From Acidobacteriota bacterium (GTDB taxonomy: Bacteria; Acidobacteriota; UBA6911; RPQK01; JAJDTT01), in the NCBI GenBank assembly GCA_965209055.1, contig OZ242374.1, positions 5,600,001-5,664,000 of the forward strand: a DNA stretch of 64,000 nucleotides, read 5' to 3'. Of this stretch, positions 62,978 through 64,000 are shown piece by piece. The notes under the pieces were generated by a model that did no database searches, was not told the origin of the DNA, and saw only the letters and a program-made list of their open reading frames with translations. The first letter of the stretch is position 1. Every line of letters begins with the position of its first letter. The translations under genes and the position numbers were made by a program.

Positions 62978-63180
62978 ATGCTCCACGGCACCAACTCGTT
63001 CGGCTGGACAGGGAATTCCTTTATGTGGCCCTGATGAGCTTCCCTCGGCCACTATAGATACTCCTGCATGGCCAGTACCGGTAACGGGGTGTGGCATCGT
63101 TGACGAAAGGGTCCGTAGATCGGAGGAGTCGACGGGTTCAAAACAGGACAACGAGTTTCCATCCGCCAAAAAGCCAAGAT

Positions 63181-63210
63181 AGGGGGGACTGAAAGTCCCC
63201 CCTCCCAGTG
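63181..63210. repeat. REP-like hairpin
   Basis: AGGGGGGACTGAAAGTCCCCCCTCCCAGTG is an inverted copy of 11877-11906 (28/30). Confidence 0.75.
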
Positions 63211-63348
63211 CCCCTCCCGGTTCATACTTTCCCACGATCTCCCCGGCTGCTAAAATCCGTGCCCGGCGGGGCGGTTTTTCCGCAAACCGCATGATCCGGC
63301 AGGGACGAGCGGTTCGTCCCCTCGATCTCAAACGAAAGTGACTTCCTG

Positions 63349-64000
63349 ATGGGCAAAGTCGATCTCAACTTCAAGCCTGCGGTTCCCGTGTTCGACGCCA
63401 ACGTGGAGCTGGGGCGCCGGCACGACCGGCGCAACCTCATGGACACTCCGGAGCAGCTCTTCGAGGAGATGGCCCGCGCCGGCGTGGACCGGGCCCTGGT
63501 CTGGCATCCCAACGGCGCCACCTACGATTCCATGGAGGGGAACCTGATCCTCCAGGAGTTGATCCACGGCGACTCGAGACTGGTCCCCCAGTTCTTCTGC
63601 AATCCTTCTTTCGACGATTTCGACGTCTTCACCCGAAGCGTGAAGGACGCGGCCGTCCGGTCCCTTCGCATGGTTCCCCAATACCAGCACTACCCCTTCC
63701 GGGAGTGGATCGTGGGACCCTGGCTCGATTGGATGGAGCGGGAAGGATTGGCGCTCTGGCTACCCGCGACCTACACGGTCTTCGGCGACACGACCGAGCT
63801 CAACGCCGCGGACGTGTACGACACCGTCCGGGAGCACCCTCATCTCAACGTGGTCCTGAGCGAGATCCACTACTCCAACATTTCCTGGGCCGTTCCTCTG
63901 CTCAAGAGCCTCCCCAACGTCCACGTGGAAACGTCCAAGCTCACCATTGCCGATCCCATTAACCGCTTCCTGGAGTTCATGGACGACTCGCGCATCCTCT
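63349..64000 (+). CDS. Amidohydrolase (Amidohydro_2-like TIM barrel), 3' truncated by the window end
   Basis: Open frame MGKVDL...VFDANVELG...EMARAGVDRALV...EGN...HP.LNVVL...PNVHVETS...RIL; absent from the ORF track because it has no stop. Confidence 0.75.
   Translation, partial: MGKVDLNFKPAVPVFDANVELGRRHDRRNLMDTPEQLFEEMARAGVDRALVWHPNGATYDSMEGNLILQELIHGDSRLVPQFFCNPSFDDFDVFTRSVKDAAVRSLRMVPQYQHYPFREWIVGPWLDWMEREGLALWLPATYTVFGDTTELNAADVYDTVREHPHLNVVLSEIHYSNISWAVPLLKSLPNVHVETSKLTIADPINRFLEFMDDSRIL

Noticed and set aside
63010-63115. CTGATGAG...CGAAA suggesting a hammerhead ribozyme
   Set aside because: Stem II does not pair beyond one base pair, the spacing is ~65 nt, and no stem I can be formed.

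Overview
High-GC bacterial chromosome segment, probably from an Acidobacteriota-type genome or MAG. This is inferred from the Oar-like TonB receptor, the SpoIVB/S55 peptidase plus propeller pair, and DUF1501 plus PSCyt genes. Housekeeping genes (nfuA, smc, cvpA, purC, CIRCE-controlled groES-groEL, cysS, lat, yraN, msrB, tRNA-Gly, sthA, class I fumarase) are interleaved with accessory blocks. (i) An extracytosolic flavinylation cluster (FMN-binding protein, a broken membrane protein, ApbE). (ii) A complete IS1634-family element with 12-bp TIRs and a 6-bp TSD on the yraN stop codon. (iii) An AbiE pair next to tRNA-Gly. (iv) A ~7-kb defence/TA island: McrBC whose McrB has a long two-domain N-terminal sensor (HhH-glycosylase-like plus EVE/PUA-like), two intact PIN TA pairs, AbrB-Doc and two decayed TA remnants. 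(v) A complete N-methylglutamate (methylamine utilisation) cluster, mgsABC-mgdBCDA-gmaS. A ~1.9-kb poly-G tract inside mgdC is almost certainly a sequencing/assembly artefact, and the missing 12 nt appear embedded within it. A family of REP-like GC-rich palindromes occurs at four intergenic sites. All protein calls rest on motif recognition by eye; no database search was run.
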